A DNA stretch of 62,152 nucleotides from Chiloscyllium plagiosum (Eukaryota), in assembly GCF_004010195.1 (NCBI RefSeq), contig NC_057718.1:19154686-19216837 (forward strand). The letters run 5' to 3'. The notes under the pieces are model-generated. The model saw only the letters and a program-made list of their open reading frames with translations. It searched no databases and was not told the origin of the DNA. This document shows, piece by piece, positions 1 through 12,925 of the stretch. How positions within the stretch are numbered: position 1 is the stretch's first letter; each line of letters begins with the position of its first letter. A program made the position numbers and the translations under genes.

Positions 1-897
1 GGAAAGCTTCCTGGACACACTGCACAAACACTGCCCCATCCAATCTATTTGATCTAAAGAGCTTCCAATCAATATTTGGGAAGTTGAAATCGCCCATGAC
101 TACTACCCTGTGGCTTCTGCACCTTTCCAAAATCTGTTTCCCAATCTGTTTCTCCACATCTCTGCTGCTATTGGGGGGCCTATAGTAAACACCCAACAAG
201 GTTACTGCTCCTTTCCTATTTCTGACTTCAGCACATACTACCTCCAAAGGCAGATCCCCATCGAACTGCCTTTCTGCAGCCGTTATACCATTTCTAATTA
301 GCAACGCCACACCCCCTCCTTTTTTACAACCCTCCCTAATCTTACTGAAACATCTGTAACCAGGAACCTCCAACAACCATTCCTATCCCTCTTCTATCCA
401 CGTTTCCATGATGGCCACAACATCGTTGTCCCAAGTACCGATCCACGCCTTAAGTTCACCCACCTTATTTCTGATACTCCTTGCATTGAAGTATACACAC
501 TTGAACCCATCTCTGTGTCTGCAAATATTCCCTGTCAGTGCTACCTTCTCCACAGCCTCCCTACATTCTTGGACATCCTGAAAAACAGCTAACCTACTTG
601 CTGGACTACAAGTCCGGATCCCATCCCCTTGCCAAATTAGTTTAAACCCCCCCGAAGAGTGCTCGCAAACCTATTCCCAGGATATTGGTGCCCTTCTGGT
701 TCAGATGCAACCTGTCCTGCTTGTACAAGTCCCACCTTCCCCAGAATGCAGTCCAATTGTCCAAATACCTGAAGCCCTCCCTCCTTCACCATCCTTGCAG
801 CCATGTGTTCAACTGCACTCTCTCCCTATTCCTTGCCTCACTGTCACGTGGCACCGGCAACAACCCAGAGATGACGACTCTGTCCGTCCTAACTTTT
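1..897 (-). mobile_element. CR1/HER1-type LINE fragment: ORF1 esterase C-terminus plus start of ORF2 APE endonuclease (disabled by stops)
   Basis: Minus strand translates to ...VVISGLLPVP...WDLYKQDRLHLNQKGTNILG (SGNH esterase-like ORF1), then CVYFNARSIRNK...VAIMETW...GGGVALLI...GVYYRPP...VVMGDFNFPNIDW (APE motifs), with in-frame stops. Confidence 0.92.
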
Positions 898-1319
898 AGA
901 AAGCTGTGGTCATGAAAGACATCATATAAATGCAGATATTTTCCTCTTTGGATTTTGTGGAGTATTATTCATAAACAGATACTGAGACACCCAGTCAAGA
1001 CACTCCTGAATATGCCTTGTGCTAAAGATCTCATGATAGGCTTTAGGCAAATTTCTGAAGATGGAATGTTCCATATCTTTGCAGTTGACCTTTTCTGCAC
1101 AAGTCAGCTTATCGTAATTAAAGGATCTTTCTCAGTTGTACTGTGATTGAAATAGTACATGCCAGAATTTCTCTGCAGAGATTAAACTCACAGCCAAATC
1201 CGATTTGACAGCATCGGCCTAGCATTACGTTCTTATCTTGTAACTTAAGGCCCAGCTCTTCCAGTCAGCACTGACAATGCACACAGCAACACTGGCCACA
1301 AAGACTTCTGCGATGTGAC

Positions 1320-1886
1320 CCTCTGTGCAGACATCCCAGGAGAAGGAGGCTACTGAGCTTAAGGTAAGATAGATGACAACCAAACACACGCCCAGAAGAA
1401 CAGATGATGAGACTGGCTTGATATTCTCAAGAATGAGAGGTGATCGCTTTGAAAGCTACAAGATTCTTCCAGGGCTCGACAAAGTAAGGACATTGTTTTG
1501 GAGCAAGGGCCTCAATGTTTGAAGATTGATGGTTTCCTGATTGCTCCTGGATCAGGCCGCTCTCCCAGGTGACCCACATCATTTCCCCTACCTTCCCCAA
1601 AACAGAGTGAGCTAAGCAGAGGAGATTGAAGCCCCAGCAAGCACTCAAAGACTGCTGACCTTTGAACTTTATTTTTCTAGGTTATATATTAAGAAGGACT
1701 TTAATATTAACTATTACCTTATTACCTTATTTTTCTACCTATTCTATGAAGGCCTGTAATGCTTAACTATTTAAACGTTGTTTCTTTTACTACTTTTGTA
1801 CCTAAGGTGGTGCCGTGTGGTGACATTAGACACTTTTCACTGTATTCCCCTATTTGAGTACATGTGACAATAAAATCTAAATCTAA
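1320..1886 (+). mobile_element. Non-autonomous retroelement with a LINE-type 3' tail (cttttcactgta...tgtgacaataaa)
   Basis: Tail cctaaggtggtgccg...cttttcactgta...tgtgacaataaaatctaaatctaa resembles the tails at ~4650-4690, 32937-33035 and (minus) 49905-49950. Confidence 0.5.
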
Positions 1887-2074
1887 AAAGAGGGAGCACA
1901 CGTATTAAAGTGTCACTTCCCATTCAATGATCTAGAAAGTCAGAGCAGGCTGGAGCAGCTGAAAGCCTTGTTCAGTTTCATCATTCTCCCCATTCCCAAA
2001 TCTATATTAATAAAACAATACACCACCAGTACCTCTTCCCATGAGGAGACTGCAAACAAACCTTCAGCACCTTC

Positions 2075-2330
2075 AATAGAATCATAGAACCACAGAATCC
2101 TTACAGTGCAGATAGATGCATTCGGCCCATCAACAATGTTCTGAAGAACATCCCCACCTAGAATCACCTCCCCCACCTTAACCCTGTAACCCTGCATTTG
2201 GCATGGACAATCCACCTAGTATACACCCCCGAGACACTACAGACAATTTAGCAAGGCCAAGCCAATAACCTGCACATCTTTGGACTATGGGAGGAAATCA
2301 GAGCACATGGCAGAAACTCATACAGACACA
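2075..2330 (-). mobile_element. HE1-type V-SINE, 3' part
   Basis: Reverse complement of the V-domain (cctgcacatctttggactatgggagg) and the agaatccttacagtg tail. Confidence 0.8.
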
Positions 2331-2408
2331 TTTTAATCATCGTAACTCACTGTGTAAAACACATTCTCACCCCCCTGTTGATTAATTTGTTGATTACTAT
2401 GAATTTGT

Positions 2409-2532
2409 GATTAGATTAGATTAGATTAGATTACAGTGTGGAAACAGGCCCTTCGGCCCAACAAGTCCACACCGACCCGCCGAAGCGAAACCCACCCATA
2501 CCCCTACATTTACCCCTTACCTAACACTACGG
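2409..2532 (-). mobile_element. HE1-type SINE 3' end, young subfamily with (TAATC)n tail
   Basis: (gatta)n-cagtgtggaaacaggcccttcggccc... is the near-exact reverse complement of 41772-41883. Confidence 0.85.
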
Positions 2533-2679
2533 TTAAGTTTTTTTCCTTTCCATAGGAAGGAGGTGGATAAGCAGCTCTCAGGCTGATCTGAAGAGGCAGC
2601 TTCAGCTGAACGGAATGGACATCCACTGGATCACATGCAAATTTTCTCCATTTAAAACCTGGAAAGACTGAAGCCATTG

Positions 2680-3140
2680 TCTCTCCTCGCTAGCTAACCA
2701 ATTCCATCTGTCTCCCAGGCAACAACCTAACACTTAGCCAGTCTCTTCACAACAATGATGTTACATTCGATTCCAAGTTGAGCTCCCAAACTCATTTCCA
2801 TTTTATCACTGTGACTGTCCATTCCCACCTCTACAACACCACCCAACATCCACCCCATCACAGCTCACTTACTGTTGAAATCCTCAAGCAGACCTCTGTT
2901 ATCTCTGGAATGGATTATCCCAATGTACTCCTGGTTTGAGTCCATATTCCACCCTCTGTAAATGTCAGGTCATCTCAAGCTATAGTGTCCTTGTCTTAAC
3001 TCACAGCAAGTCCCATTTCCGTGTCACCCTGTGCTTCATGGCCTACCCTGACTCCTGGTCGAACAACGCTTTGCCTTTCCAATTCCGATCTTGTTTCTAC
3101 ATTCCTCCATGGCTTCGCCTCTCCCTAACTCTAATTCCCT
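2680..3140 (+). mobile_element. Decayed L2-like LINE, ORF2 3' region
   Basis: Degenerate match to L2 C-terminal motifs of the type SRLDYxN, ITPVL.xLHWLPV and FKSLHGL. Confidence 0.6.
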
Positions 3141-3244
3141 CCATTTAAAAGGTTCTCCCAATAAAGCAAATGGTAACTGTGCAAAATCTGCCCCCTAGTA
3201 AATCTGTGATCGATAGAAGAAATTTTGTTCATTGGTTTATTTTT

Positions 3245-3550
3245 CAATTCATTCTTGAGATGTGGACTGGGTCAGCAGCGTCAACCACATTGCTGAGTCT
3301 GGAGTCACATGTAAGCCAGACCAGGCGGGATGGCAAATCTTCGCTCCCCTAAAGAACATTTGTAGTGAACCAGATGAATTCTTACGACAATCAACAATGA
3401 TTACATCGTCGCCATTAGGTCAGCTTAACTCAAGATATTTACTGAGCTGAATTCAAAGTCCACTATCGGCCATGATGGGATTCAAAATCCCTCAGAACAT
3501 TTACTTGGGATTTTAGATTACTACGCTAATGACATTAAGGCTTTGCCTCC
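3245..3550 (-). mobile_element. tRNA-head SINE with CR1-like tail (second SINE family), decayed
   Basis: tcaaccacattgctg...tggagtcacatgtaagccagaccagg...agtgaaccagatg core recurs at ~12350, 15410, 22885, 35010 and 41885. Confidence 0.65.
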
Positions 3551-4044
3551 CCCTCCCCATTGGGTTTTTAATTTGGCTTGTTTAAGTAGATTTAAATGTC
3601 TGTCAGTGTTGCTCAGTACAAAATACAATTAGCAAACAGGAAATAACTGAGGTATGAGTAGATTGAGAGTGTTTATTGAAACCTTTCCATTTCTATCTGT
3701 TGAATCAGTTAATAGTCTCATCGCTATAGCCACTGCAGAGCACATCGGTTCTAGATGATGCAGACCCTAATCCATGAATGGTAACCAGACCCAAATCCAT
3801 GACCCTATAGCTGAGTTGGCTGGTCATAGCCTCAGGAGGAAAGTTAGAAAAAGATTATTGATCGAATCCCCTATCGCTATAAATGGTGAACAGATAGGAA
3901 TTCAGGATGGAATGTTATCTCCCTCATGCCAGGGTTAAGGATGTCACTCACACTCTTGAGGTTATTTGGGGGGCAGTGGGGTGGGCAGTGACATAGATGG
4001 AGAGAGGGCTAAGATTGTGCAGGCAGATTTAAGGAAACTGGCCT

Positions 4045-4700
4045 GGAGCTCATTCACTTTCTTTGTTGCTTTTTACTTTTGGTTTTTTTTTTGGCTCTCG
4101 CTTTCTTTTTTCCCCTCTTAAAAGCCTTTTCAGCATCTTCGGCAAGGAGACAGTGAGCCCGGACTCCCAGGGAGCCCAGCACGGGGAATAGTGAACCCTC
4201 AGAGAACCCGCGATAGCAGCGAGTGAGAGATGGCACTGGACTGAGGTGACTTTGATGTCGGTGGGCTCCGTGCAGGACTCGAGGTGATGACAGTGGTACC
4301 AGTTTTCAAGATGGCAGTGATGGCAGGGTTGGTCAGCGGAGAAGGTGGTATCTCCAGTCGGGTCGGAATCGGGAATGTTGGGCTTCAGCTGTAGTGATGC
4401 AGTAGGCCTGAATCGGTAATCGGATTGACAGGAGCAGCGGGTACATCAGGTGCTCCTGGCAGCACAGCAAAGGTGGCCCTGGTGGAAGTTACCTGGAATG
4501 AACTGAGGTGCGGAGGAGTTGGAGAGCCTAGACCCTGTTGCACCCATCCCCCTGCCGATGTCGAGTGGGGCACAGGTGGGGAGGAAGAACTGTTTTTGCT
4601 TGTATTCTGTTTGTGTCTTTGTATCTTCTGCAACTCAATGTGTTGCCGCAGCATGGCAATATATTACACTTTTGACTGTATTTGTTCAGAATTCCAGATA
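4045..4700 (+). mobile_element. Non-autonomous element of the same type as 1320-1886 and 31710-33040
   Basis: T-rich start, GC-rich middle, 3' catggcaatatattacacttttgactgta tail. Confidence 0.45.
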
Positions 4701-6160
4701 TTCACTGCATTGAAGAAATTCCTTTGTATCTTAGATTTAAATGGATGTCTCCTTATTCCATAACTATGTCCCTTAGCTCGAGTTTAGTCCACTAGTGGAA
4801 ACATCTTCTCAACATCTATCTTGTCAAACCCCTTCAGAAGCTCTCATGTTTCAAAAGGATCACCCCTCGTGCTTCTAAGTGCTAACGAATAAAGGTCTAA
4901 CCTGTTCAGCCATTCTTGCTAAGTCCACCCATTCATCTCAGGAATCAACCGCTGTGGAGAAGCTCACAAATCTTTTCTGAACCGACTCCAATGACAAGAC
5001 ATCCTTTCTTAAGTACGGGCACCAAAACTGTACACAGCACACCAAGTAGGGGCCTGACCAATACCTTGTAAATTATAACAAGACTTAAGAGAAGGTGAGG
5101 ACTTCAGATGCTGGAGATCAGTCAAAAAGTATGGCACTGGAAAAGCACAGTGGGTCAGGCAGCATCCGAGGAGCAGGAGAGTCGTCTGTCCTGCTCCTCG
5201 GATGCTGCCTGACCCGTTGTGCTTTTCCAGCGCCACATGTTTTGACTGTAACAAGACTTAAACAGGGCCATTGTTAAACTTCAAGCCCTAAGCAATAAAG
5301 ACCCAAATTCAATTTTCCTTCTTAATTACTTACTGCACCTGTATGTTATCTTTCTCATGTTTCATGCACAAGAACACACACATCGCTCCGCGCTGCACGT
5401 TTTTGGGAGTACCTTTTCATTTAAGTAAGGGACTGCCTTTTGATTCTTCCCAACAAAAGACATTGACCTCACACTTTCCTCGATTAAACACCATCTGCCT
5501 CAGTCTGCCTATTTCAATCCTGCTGCTGATTCTTTCTGTTCTCATTCACCACATGGCCTCACCTATTTTTCTATCACCAGTAAAATTGGATACATTACAC
5601 TCTGCCCTTCCAAGTCATTAATATATAGTAATTAATTGAGGCCTTATGTCTGATCCTTGTGGCAATCTGCTAATTACATCTTTCTAACCTGAGAAAGACC
5701 CTTTTATGCAGATTCTGTGTACTAACCAACCCTCAATCCATGCTAATACATTATCCCCCAATGCTATGAGCTCTTGGCTTATGCAATAATATCTTATCTG
5801 GCACCTAATTAATCTGGAAGTCCACAAAAACTACACCTACTATTTCCCCTTTACCAATTCTGCTTGTTATATGCTCTAGCTAATTTGACACATTATTTCC
5901 CTTTCACAAAACTATACTATCTCTGATTGTGTGTGAAGCTTTCCTAAATGTCCTACTATTTTTTCCAAATAATGGATTTTAACATTTTCCCAATAACAGA
6001 TGTTAGGCTAATTGTCCTATAGTTTCCTGCTTTCTGTCTCCCTCTCTTTTGAACAGGGGCATCACATTAACGGGTTTTCCAATCCACTGAAACCCTCCCA
6101 GCATTCAAAGAATTCTGGAATATTCTGGACAGTATTTCCATTATCTTTGCAGCCATTTAA
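4700..6160 (-). mobile_element. Old CR1 LINE ORF2 (RT to 3' region), interrupted by a PLE hairpin at 5089-5248
   Basis: Reverse complement of CR1 RT-region motifs (aactataggacaattagcctaacatctg; gtgtacagttttggtgccc). Confidence 0.8.
5089..5248 (-). mobile_element. PLE pLTR-derived hairpin insertion, family A
   Basis: Inverted arms ctggaaaagcac...aggagcagga / tcctgctcct...gcttttccag; flanked by the direct repeat taacaagacttaa (5076-5088, 5249-5261). Confidence 0.85.
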
Positions 6161-6164
6161 TTTT

Positions 6165-9100
6165 GCTTAAGAAATCGTTAAAGTGGCAGTATTGATTGAG
6201 TAGAATATAAGAGTGCTGGAAAGAGAGAATGTCATCAAAATATCAAGGACAGAGGCTATTTAGTTAAAATGAGCAAACAATAAATAGAGGTACTAGTATT
6301 TGGGAGATTCTATAGATCATCACCTAGCAGGAAAGATATAGAACAAATTTACAAGGAAATTACAGCAAGGTAAAAAAGTACTGAATTTGATTTACTTATC
6401 CTAATAGAACCTGGAATAGTAATAAGAACACAAGAATAAGCAGAAATAAGCTATTTTCAGCTTGTGCTTGTTCCTCCCATCAATAAAGTCAAGGCTGATA
6501 AGATTATGGCTTCTAGTCCACTTTCCTGTTCATCCCTTATGACCCCTGGCTTCCATGTCAATCAACATCTCAGTATTGGAAGCTGGGTCATTGACCATAT
6601 TCAAGGCTATCTGGGAAAAAGAATTCAGACTAAAAACCCTCAGCGACAATAGTTTTGTCCTAACCTCTGGACTAAATGGAAAATCCCTTATTTTTAAACA
6701 GTTGGAAACTAATAGTGTAAAACGTTGAGAGGGTCAAGAGCTTCTTGAATGTATTCAGGAGAATTATTTTGATCAGTGCGTTTCTGACCCAAAGAGGAAA
6801 AAGGCACTTTTGGATCTGATTCTGGAGAATGAGGTCAAGTAGATCATGCGGAACATTTAGGAGATAGTGATCATAATATCATGTGTGAATAAGCTATTAG
6901 AGATGGCAAAAAGCAATCCAGATTCAAAGTAATTAATGGGGAGCTGGCCAATTTCAGTAGGCGAGCATGGATTTAGCCAATGGAAGCAAGGGTTGGGAAG
7001 CAAAACTGTAACCATGTAAAACAGGAACAATGGACTGTCTTCAAAGAGGCCTCGGTTCGCGTACAGATCATATACTTTTCCATAATGAGAAGTACAGAAG
7101 AAACAAAGCCAGGGCTCTCTGGATGATGAGCAATAGAGAGTAAGATGAACTGGTTGAAAAGGTCATGCAGGACAGATGTCAAGTCGATAATATAAGTGAG
7201 AAGCAGGAAACAGCTGGACAGTCAAGTGCAGTATAGCTCTTCCCCCCCACCCTTGCCCAGAAACAGCAAGGCATCACAGTAAAGGCAGAACTGGACAGAT
7301 TGATCGCCACAGTTGAAGACACGTGGTTTGAATATCATCTCATTAGTTTGAATAAACAGCTCCAACCACACATGCTTACTCTGAACGGACATGACAGTAC
7401 AATGAAATGTAAACAAATTATAAAATCCATGTTAGATTATCGCAGTGTGCCCAAAGATGTCAAATGTTCACCAGAAGGTGTATATCCAACATTGGAGTTT
7501 CAGAAATCTGCCAATTAACTCTGCTTCTGACCTTCTGACAGGTCTTCCTTTAAAAAGAAAAACAAAAAGGAGTTCAAGTTCTGAGCAGCTTTGTGGGTTC
7601 CAGACCGGGCTTTCATACAAAAGGAAATTGGGGAATATGGCACTGGAAAAGCACAGCAGGTCAGGCAGCATCTGAGGAGCAGGAGAGTTAACATTTCGGG
7701 CATAAGCTCTTCATCCTGCTCCTCAGATGCTGCCTGACCTGCTGTGCTTGTCCAGCACCACACTCTCGACTCTGATCTCCAGCATCTGCAGTCCTCACTT
7801 TCTTCAGGTATCGGGGGATATCAGAAATTCCAGTTAATACAGCACTTCAGCAGTAGGTAACATGAAGTTATCATAAGTAGGAAGATTAGGAATGGGCTAA
7901 TTAGAGTCCACAAAGACTATTTTACACAGGCAGAGGCAGAGGGTATGGTTAAACTAGGAAATGAGAACCTGACACCTGTCCTTACCAAGGGAGATGTCGC
8001 CAAAGTCATAATGAAGAACAGCAGATCGTTAGAACACTGACTGGGTAATCATCACTTAAAAATAGAGAGGCTGACTGTATTTAAATTTGATAAATCAACA
8101 GGACCAGGCCAGATGCATTACTGAATACAGAGGAAAGCAGGGGTAGAAATTGCAGAAATACTGGCTGTAATTTTCCAATTCTCCTCAGACACAGGAACAC
8201 TACCAGAAAAATACTATTTCTTTCAAAATATAAAGCGTTCAAGGAAATACTTGGCATACCAAGTCAGTTTAATCTTGGTGATAGTAGAAGTTTTCAGAAA
8301 TAATAACCTGCGGCAAAATTAAAAGTAACTTGGAGAAATGTAGATTAATTCAGGAAATCATTATGGCTTTGTTAAAGATTAATTTTGTGTTTATTTGATT
8401 TGATTGAGATTTTTGACGTGGTAAAGAGAGAGGGCAGATGAATCACTAAGGTGGCCATGGACGTCCAAAAGCATCTCAAAGTGAACACTACAAGCATGTC
8501 AGCAAAATGAAAGCCCATGAAGTAAGTGGATTAGTGATAGTATGGATATGAAGGTTGCAGAATGGCAGCAAGCAGAGTCATGGTCTCGATTTTCCAACTT
8601 AGAATGTATATAATGGGGTTGCCCAGGAGTCAGGGTTAATACCGCTGCTTTCTTTTGATCTGTATTAATGACCTTGACTTGGATATGCAGTCTGCAATTT
8701 CAAAATGCAAAGTTGACACAAAACCTGCAAGTATCATGAATCGTGAGGAAGATAATGGGTTGGTTCAATGGGCAGTTACACAGCAGCTGAAATTTAACTC
8801 TCGCAAAGTGATGGATTTTGGCAAGAAGAGCAAGGGTAGGCAGTATAAAATATAGCATACAATATTAAATGGGTGTACCTGGGTTTACAGGTGCACAGGT
8901 CAGTGAAGCTGACAGAGCAGATTGAGAAAGTGAGTATCAAGACATTGGAATGACGTCCTTGAAAAATACAGGAGTGGGGCAGAAAAGGAAGGAGGTTCTG
9001 GTGAAGCTGCATAAAAACACTGGTTGCATCTCAACTGGAGCATTGTGTTTGATTTTGGGTGCCACACATGAAGGAGGACGTGAAATTGTTACAGAGGGTT

Positions 9101-9535
9101 CCAGAAAAGCCAACAGCGTTGGCTTCATGAAACTTCATGAATGTTGATAGATTAGGATTAGAGAAACTAGGCTATTTTCCTTTGAGAAAAGGAGGATTTA
9201 GAAGAAATTTGATAGAGTTGTTCAAAATCAATTGGAGTCTCTGCAGAGTAGACAGAGAAAAACTGTTCCCACAGGCCCAAGGCTGAAGAAACAGGGGACA
9301 CCGATTTAAGATGAATATTAAAAAAACTAAAGGTGACATGAGAAAATACTTTCTTTTAAAAGAAACAGCTCTTATGATAAGAGCTTCAGAGAGAACTGGA
9401 TAATTGTCCAAATGGAAAAGCATTGCAGAGCAGTGGGAAAAGGCGAGGGAGTGGGATTTGTCTAGTTGCACTTGCATATTGCTAGCATGGACAGAACAGG
9501 CTGAATGGCCTGTGCCACAACCAGATCAAGATTCT
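6165..9535 (+). mobile_element. Old, deleted CR1 LINE ORF2 to 3' end, with nested inserts
   Basis: Degenerate LLDLIL/EHLGDSDHN (endonuclease), a GVAQES.L.PLL.L..INDLD-like RT motif, and a CR1 3' tail (ggctgaatggcctg). Confidence 0.8.
7638..7805 (+). mobile_element. PLE pLTR-derived hairpin insertion, family A
   Basis: Inverted arms around a truncated hammerhead core; family 3' end cagcatctgcagtcctcactttct. Confidence 0.85.
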
Positions 9536-9582
9536 ACATTAATAAATCTGTGTTAAAATCAGAGAGAAGGTGAAGTACTAAC

Positions 9583-9800
9583 CATCCATTTAGTGTGGGG
9601 GAGCAAGGGACTGCAGTGTTAGATCATCAGGAAAGGACATAGCTGTTGATTCTCTTTTTACAAAGCTTCCTGGGGACATCATCTGGACAAATGAGCAATG
9701 ACAGCAGTACATATTGCTTTATGACATTCCTCAACACGATCTCTGGCCAGGGTCCAGGCTAACATTAGGAACTTGCCTGATCTTCCAGTCAGAAGGTGGA
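9583..9800 (-). other. Candidate exon ending ATG GAT G (phase 1)
   Basis: Minus acceptor ttctgttttcag and donor G/gttagt in unique sequence; all three frames are closed upstream of the terminal ATG. Confidence 0.35.
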
Positions 9801-10258
9801 CTGAAAACAGAACTATCATTCAATGCCTCGATTCAGACCACCAGTTTCTGCAGATACTAAGCACTTGCATGGTTTAGAGATTCAAAAGTAATTCCCCAGG
9901 GTGTAGCTGACTTTGTGCGGAGGGTGGGTGAGTGTCGGATGAATTACACAGCTGCCAGGACAAGTGGTCTCAAAATCTCAAATTTGGAAATGAACTGCTG
10001 TCTTTTTTGGCAGTGTAAATACGATGACAAACTGGCAACAGTGACTGCAGTGTGTATTTCTAGGCCCACATGCAGCCAGTTTCAGATCAAACTTTTGCTA
10101 CACATAAAGGGCAGACACTGAAAATGAAACTTTTTTCTGTAAAATTGACCTAAAAATATTCAACAGGCTAGAACTCCTGGAAAGGTTTGCTAATTTTGCT
10201 TTATTGCTCTTCCACATCCATAAGAAAGTTTGTCAGTTCAGAAAATAAATGCACTTAC

Positions 10259-10353
10259 CAGGTGCAAGAGACTGTTTCATCCCCCATGCCACTGTCCAAG
10301 GGAGCAGCATGTTTCCTAACTCCCCCAGTTGTATTGATGTATTGAAGCTCATA
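10259..10353 (-). other. Candidate alternative first coding exon (MSFNTSIQLGELGNMLLPWTVAWGMKQSLAP, phase 1)
   Basis: Strong donor CTG/gtaagtg; three in-frame ATGs are open to the donor. Confidence 0.35.
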
Positions 10354-10727
10354 GACTTTAAACTCTTTCTACTCGTTGCTAAGCTGCTGCATCATGTGAT
10401 GTCACGATCTAGGCATGTCAATTATGTAAGCTAAAGTGAGCACCAGAAGACTCAATTTGTGCTCAAAATAGTTTGACAGAGAAAGACACAAACACTGACT
10501 CACAGCCCACTAACATCCCGTGAGTGAAACAGATCAGGACAGGCACAGTACAGGGGGAGGTAAATGGTGTACTCTCCTGCAAACTGATACCTAACATTTT
10601 ACATACAGCACTACTGCATTTCAGTGAGTTACTCAAAGAACAAAGAGCTTCTCAACAGCTTGTAAATGATTAACCTTTCTCGTGGATGCAAGTAAGAGTC
10701 AAACACTGAAGTTATTTAGATACTCAC

Positions 10728-10791
10728 ACAGAAAAACATCACCCGTGCCTGTGGTCAGGCCTGCAGCTTTACTCCCCAGCCCAGTAAACAT
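10728..10791 (-). other. Candidate alternative first exon (MFTGLGSKAAGLTTGTGDVFL, phase 1)
   Basis: Donor T/gtgagta; ATG open to the donor. Confidence 0.3.
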
Positions 10792-11062
10792 CCAGCTGGG
10801 GCATACTACAATTTCTTCACTTCTAAAGCTCTTGAAAAGTTTCTCATTAAGTATAAAAGACAACTGGTTCCTTTAGCGGGAGGTGTATTACTCAGAAGCC
10901 AATTAAAAAGCTCCTGTTGGAACAGGGGAACTTGAAATGCTAATTATATTCAGTTTAGCCCCAGACTCTCAACAGCATGAGAAGCAATGAGCTACAAATA
11001 GTGAATCTATTTTACAGGCATTCAAACCTTGTTTGTACAGATTATAAAGCTAAATGCCTTTT

Positions 11063-11104
11063 CACACATACACACACACATACATGCACACATACACACG
11101 CACA
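11063..11104. repeat. Imperfect (CA)n microsatellite
   Basis: cacacatacacacacacatacatgcacacatacacacgcaca. Confidence 0.85.
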
Positions 11105-11347
11105 GAATTGTCAAATGGCCATTTTATGTTTATTTTATGACTGAATGGTAGTAACTAGGTAAACCGATGATTGAAATCATTGTTCAATCATTCAAACACC
11201 TCTTACTCCTGTTACATCCACCAAAATGAAACCCACTTTTTTCCCCAGTCTAGTGCTATTTTTTTGTGAGATTTATTTGACAATTTGCTGTCCATACGGG
11301 GAGCTCTCCAGCACTCAACCAGCAAGGTCCTTTTGATGCCAGTTTCT

Positions 11348-11685
11348 AGGGCATAGTGGTTAGCACTGCTGTCTCACAGTGCCAGGGACCTAGGTATGAT
11401 TACAATCTCGAGTGACTGTCTGTGTGGAGTCTGCACATTCTCCCTGTGTCTGTGTGGGCTTCCATTAGCTGCTCTGGTTTCTTCCCACAGTCCAATAAGT
11501 ACAGGTTAGGGTAGATTGGCCATGCAATATTGTCCATAGTGTCCAGGGTTGGTAAGCTAGGTGAATTAGCCATGGGAAATGCAAATTTCCAAGGATAGGG
11601 TAGAGGGATGGATCTGGGTGGGATGCACTTTGCAGGGGCAGTGTGGATTCAATGGACTGCTTCCACACTGTAAGGATTCTATGAT
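11348..11685 (+). mobile_element. HE1-type V-SINE, full length, older subfamily
   Basis: tRNA-like head agtggttagcactgctgtctcacagtgccagggacc, V-domain tgtgtggagtctgcacattctccc, tail ccacactgtaaggattctatgatt. Confidence 0.9.
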
Positions 11686-11879
11686 TTACGGCTTCTCTCA
11701 CCTCCAAAGAATGGATCTAGATGTTCGGGACTAGGTTTTCGAAGCTGTTTATCAAAGGCAATTTGGATTCCAGTTAGAGAGGTGGAGCCATTCCTGAAAA
11801 ATATATGTCCAGCTTCTCAGAAATGAGGAACGCCCATAGCCTGGAAATACCTAATGGCTCTTCCTCAATTTACCTCAAC

Positions 11880-12152
11880 TTTTTAAGGTAAGAGGAGAAA
11901 TATTTAAAAGGATCCTGACGGGCAAATTTTCACACAGAAGGTGGCTCACATGTGGAATGAGCTGCCTGTGGAAATGGTAGAACAGGTACAGTTACAATAT
12001 TTAAAAGACATTTTGACAGGTACATGAACAGGAAAGGTTTAGAGGAATATAAGCCAAATGCAGGCAAATGTGATTAGTTCAGTTTGGGAAACCTGGTCAG
12101 CATGGATGAGTTGAACCGAGAGTCTGTTTCTGTGCTGCATAACTCTATGACT
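11880..12152 (+). mobile_element. HER1/CR1 LINE 3' end
   Basis: tggaatgagctgcctg...tttaaaagacattttgacaggtacatgaacagg...ctctatgactc. Confidence 0.85.
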
Positions 12153-12344
12153 CCTCTCTTCCCAAACATGACGTGAGTTTTACACTCATGGACTCTTAAA
12201 CTCAGTAAAGAATGCATGTACTGTCATTCCACAGAGTCATGATATTCTAGCATTACCTCTTCTTCCTTCATTCAATCCTATCGAAGTACAATTGACCACC
12301 TATAACCACCCAAAATGTGCTGTTAATTGATTCCTTCCTGGAAT

Positions 12345-12615
12345 GCTGCCAGCGTTGAAAAGTCCAGCATTTTCTGCCCATCCCTGAAAGTCCTTGAATG
12401 AAGTGGCTTCATAGGACATTTCAAAGGACAGTTAGGAGCCAATCACATTGTTATGGGTTTGGAGTCACATTTAGGGAAGGTAAGGAAGCAGATTCCTTTC
12501 CCTAAAGACAATTAGTGGTGCCATAAAACTATCTCTATATTCCAGATCTATTAATTGAATTGAATTATTATTCGTTGTCATGCTAGGATTTGAATCTTTG
12601 GAGCACTCAATGCTA
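12345..12615 (-). mobile_element. tRNA-head SINE with CR1-like tail, decayed
   Basis: Same core as 3245-3550 and 15410-15745. Confidence 0.6.
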
Positions 12616-12629
12616 TAACGAAGAAAGTC

Positions 12630-12925
12630 TCCAAGAAGCAGTTTGGCAGGTTCTGTGGAGAGAGAAACACAGTTAACATCCGAAGAAGAGAGCCATACTG
12701 GACTCAAATACCTGATGAAGGGCTTTTGCCCGAAACGTTGATTCTCCTGCTCTTCGGATGTTGCCTGACCTGCTGTGCTTTTCCAGCACCACACTCTTGA
12801 CTCTGATCTCCAGCATCTGCAGTCCTCACTTTCTCCTACTGGACTCAAACTCTGTTTCTTGCTCTCCCCAGATGTACTTGATAGCACTTCTTGTTTTTTT
12901 GGTTATTTCAGATGGCCAGCACATC
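12630..12925. mobile_element. PLE family C hairpin remnant, with a family A copy nested at 12709-12836
   Basis: Outer arms ctgtggagagagaaacacag / ctctgtttcttgctctccccagatg; the inner insert is flanked by tactggactcaaa (12696-12708, 12837-12849). Confidence 0.75.
12708..12743 (+). ncRNA. Minimal type I hammerhead ribozyme core (family A)
   Basis: CTGATGA (12712-18), a, GGGC-tttt-GCCC, GAAA, C-GTT. Core intact; the 5' strand of stem I is truncated by the insertion boundary. Confidence 0.7.
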
